This document shows positions 61,175 through 64,000 of a DNA stretch of 64,000 nucleotides, piece after piece; positions within the stretch are counted from its first letter, which is position 1, and every line of letters starts with the position of its first letter. Where the stretch lies: positions 868,001-932,000 of the forward strand of contig NW_027191457.1 in assembly GCF_011745625.1 (NCBI RefSeq), read 5' to 3'. The translations under genes were made by a program, and so were the position numbers. The notes beneath the pieces are model-generated. The model was not told where the DNA came from. It did not search any database and saw nothing but the letters and a program-made list of their open reading frames with translations. This DNA comes from Cladosporium halotolerans (lineage: Eukaryota).

Positions 61175-61849
61175 CTACTCAGACAATGTAGCCCACAGAC
61201 CCAGGACGCCGGCGACCAGAGGTCCGATCAATCGGATGCCATTCTGTCCGTTCCACTGCTTGAGCATCTTCTGCACCTTCGTCCTCTCGTACTCGTCCGC
61301 GCTGAAAGGCGAGTCGTCAAAGGGCTCGAACTCCTCCACGGGCGTGATGGTACCCGTTGCCGCAGAGTTCTGGCCGGGAACGCTCAGAAGACCGCCCGAC
61401 CCGCCGGCCTCGGGCTTGTGCTCCAATGTCGGCTTGACCTCAGGATGGTGCGGCGGGGCGTCGGCGAGCTGGACCAGCTTCTGCGTCGCTTGCTCCATGA
61501 GCACCAGGGTCCAGGGGATGACGCTGAACATCGCTGCGGCGGCGCCGGCGTACAGCTTCCATGTCAATGCGGAGCGGGCGTTCTCGCGCGAGTTGTAGGC
61601 GAGGAAGCCGAATGCGACGATGGACAGGATCTCAGCGGGCGGCAGGGTTCGCTTGCCGGCGCGGTAGGTCAGAGCGAATTGCTGTGCTGCTGTTTGTGCC
61701 GAGGAAGCATCGTCGGTGGTGCCGTGCAGGATGCTGGGAATGATTGCTGAGGAGGTCGTGAAGAGGCTACCGGTGGTTATGAAAGACGCTGCGATTGCGA
61801 GGCCCTTGGCAGCTGCCACCAGGGGCGGAGAGGGTTGCGTTGAAGCCAT
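61175..61849 (-). CDS. DUF1772 / anthrone oxygenase-like membrane protein
   Basis: Four hydrophobic segments, QQFALTYRAGK, IPWTLVLM, MLKQWNGQNGIR (W..N..R signature). Confidence 0.72.
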   Translation of the reverse strand: MASTQPSPPLVAAAKGLAIAASFITTGSLFTTSSAIIPSILHGTTDDASSAQTAAQQFALTYRAGKRTLPPAEILSIVAFGFLAYNSRENARSALTWKLYAGAAAAMFSVIPWTLVLMEQATQKLVQLADAPPHHPEVKPTLEHKPEAGGSGGLLSVPGQNSAATGTITPVEEFEPFDDSPFSADEYERTKVQKMLKQWNGQNGIRLIGPLVAGVLGLWATLSE

Positions 61850-63165
61850 CAGAGACAATCAATCTGTAGAGTTGAGGGCACCCGGCCTGTAATCGTTTAA
61901 AATCGTGAGTGTCTACAACTCTTCAGGAGAAGGTAGCTCAGCTTGAAGACGGCACAGAGGTGTACCAGAATAAGGGCATACGTCACCGACGTGGCACGTG
62001 CGAGCCAATGCCTCGTGGCCTCGTGGTTCGCGACGCGTACGTCTCAAATTGAGATCTCCTACCTGTGGGTGTTCTTCTCGACCGGCTGCGAAATGGCAAC
62101 GAATATGAACAATTTGAATGCCTTCCAAAGAGTATGTTCCTGAGAGACATATCGACACACCAGCGAACCTTAACTCCCCACACATCGGCTCCGGCAATGG
62201 CGGGGAGGCTCCAGAGCTCGTACCGCACGACCCTCGAAATCTGCAGGCGATAAGGTTGAGGTCGTGGTCCTCTTCATGTGTGAGGTGCTCGCTTTGGTAA
62301 AGGCAGTGAGCATAGTCTCTCTCAGCCATTCCTCGAAGGTCTTTGAAGGTCGTCGTTCGGAGGACCACGAGCATTTTCGCACTGGCATGGACGACCGAGC
62401 TTTATGAATGGCGGATGCACCACACGACGTATACTACAGCGATCTTGAGGGTCTCAAATCGTATATACTCACTGTTTGATTGGTAGGATACCAGAATTAG
62501 TAAAACAGAAGCTGTGCAGAATCCAGCCACACATGAACTATTATTTCCACAGATTCTCATCGCCATTGAGCCATGCTCAACGCCAACTCGACATCAACGA
62601 GAAATGGCGGTGCCTAAAAGGATTGATAGCAGACAAATCGTTTCGAGGCTCGACGCAGATGAGTTAAACGTACCTGATACGACGCAGGAGGGTTGGCGGT
62701 AGAGATTGTGAGAGAGACCCGACGTTGGCTTCATTGGGGATGTGTGCATGTTGTAGCATCTGGCAGTGTCCTCATGCAGAGTACACGAGAACCTTGCCAA
62801 ATTGTGCCACCGGTGCCTGAGTACGTATGTAGGGTGCAAAGGGCTTTTTCCAACAGCAATGATCTATCACATTGACTTAAGTGGGTCGCCAGCGCTACAG
62901 TAAGACGAAGGAAGCGCTAACCAGAAGAGTGATGAAGACGGGCATCGACCGCCTTTGTCTGGCGTTTCACATGTCACTACTCTTGTGAAACTGTCCTGAC
63001 GACTCTTGTGCCATTGACTCAGATCACAGCACGTGATATCACGGCGTGAAGCCTTATTTGCCGCTCGACTTGCGCGGTCGTTCCTTCTTATTGCAAGACC
63101 CACAGTACCTTCAGTCATACAGATTGATCGGAATACTCGACACTCCCTCGAGCTCATTTAGAAAC

Positions 63166-63918
63166 ATGGCATCCGAACTCACGGTCCTCAAACAGCCAGT
63201 TGCAGTTCGACCAGAGCACGTTTGCTCTCACACCACGACTTTTCGTGTGAGGCAACATTGCCTTAGCTGGTCCTTCGGTGATTTTACCGTCACGGAGACT
63301 CCCCAAGCCGACTCATCCTCTTCATCCTCCCCACTGTTTACCGTGGACGGCAAAGCTGGCTCTTGGACTCAAAGGCGCGCGGTACGAGATGCTTCCGGTC
63401 TACCAGTTTTCGATATGCGACGCAAGAACGTGGGGGCAACGTGGTTTGTCGAACTTCCTGGAGGCAGTTCTCCCCTTATCACGCTCGCGCCTCGGCGAAA
63501 CGACATGAAAGACAGGTTAGACGTCTACGTTCACGGTGAAGAAGAAGTCAAGCTGGAGGTGCGCGGCCTCGACGTCTGGAAAAAGGTCACTCACGTGTAC
63601 CTCGACGAACGCCTGGTCATGGTTGTGAAGCTCGTTAACTTGCTCTCTGTCTACGTGCCATTTCTCAAAGACAATCAGTGGGATGTGCGCGTCTCCCAAG
63701 GAATGGACGCCTCGCTCGTACGTCAAGTTGTCTTTCACTTCGTGGTAGTTCCTTATTCGGCTCGCTGACATCCGCGACAGGTCCCAGCGATCATGGTGGT
63801 CCTTGCTGCAAACATGTACGACAGCAGCCTTTTGGTGACTGGCTCATCAGCTACTGGACAAGAAGGCGCGGCAACAGCAGGTGCAAGCGGCAGAGCTACC
63901 GGTGACAGCGGGAAATGA
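63166..63918 (+). CDS. LURP1/LOR (tubby C-terminal-like) protein; intron 63718-63780
   Basis: LSWSFGDFTV, LFTVDGK, RDASGLPVFDMRRK, WDVRVSQGMDASL|VPAIMVVL. Confidence 0.8.
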
Positions 63919-64000
63919 TCCTTTCGATATGGGGGGTTCGAGGCATCCAAATCGGCAAAGGGCTAAGCGTAGAAACCGAGTACGGTTGGAAGGAGGGCAG

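Noticed and set aside
61913..62388. Short minus-strand ORFs upstream of the DUF1772 gene
   Set aside because: No recognisable domain and no convincing splice structure.
1..64000. CRISPR arrays, rRNA/5S, snRNAs, TPP riboswitch, transposons, RIP-degraded AT-rich blocks
   Set aside because: No signature found by eye. A covariance-model scan would be needed to exclude small ncRNAs.

Overview
Gene-dense, intron-containing fungal nuclear DNA. The short GT-AG introns with CTRAC branch sites, Zn2Cys6 factors and gene set indicate a filamentous ascomycete; Dothideomycete-like is my inference, not proven. I support about 25 protein-coding genes. The housekeeping set is a PPR protein, ETF beta, an RRM protein, Tah18/NDOR1, F-box/WD40, mitochondrial phosphate carrier, PKA catalytic subunit, Pfs2, Oma1, Ceg1 and Cbp3. 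The metabolic/accessory set is a 2OG-Fe(II) oxygenase, SDR, class II aldolase, peroxisomal copper amine oxidase, a PAP2-like protein, a membrane-anchored lectin-like propeller, GH30, an enoyl reductase-like protein, DUF1772, a LURP1-like protein and two Zn2Cys6 transcription factors. There are also four intron-containing tRNA genes and an internally deleted MFS pseudogene. Three items stand out. (1) A 1759-aa protein fuses a Pol-beta-like nucleotidyltransferase domain to a long ankyrin array, a candidate sensor-enzyme. (2) An intronless atypical kinase sits between two diverged copies of an MFS 3' end. (3) A TF plus amine oxidase divergent module is bracketed by tRNA genes. Gene models and splice sites were read by eye; no searches were run.
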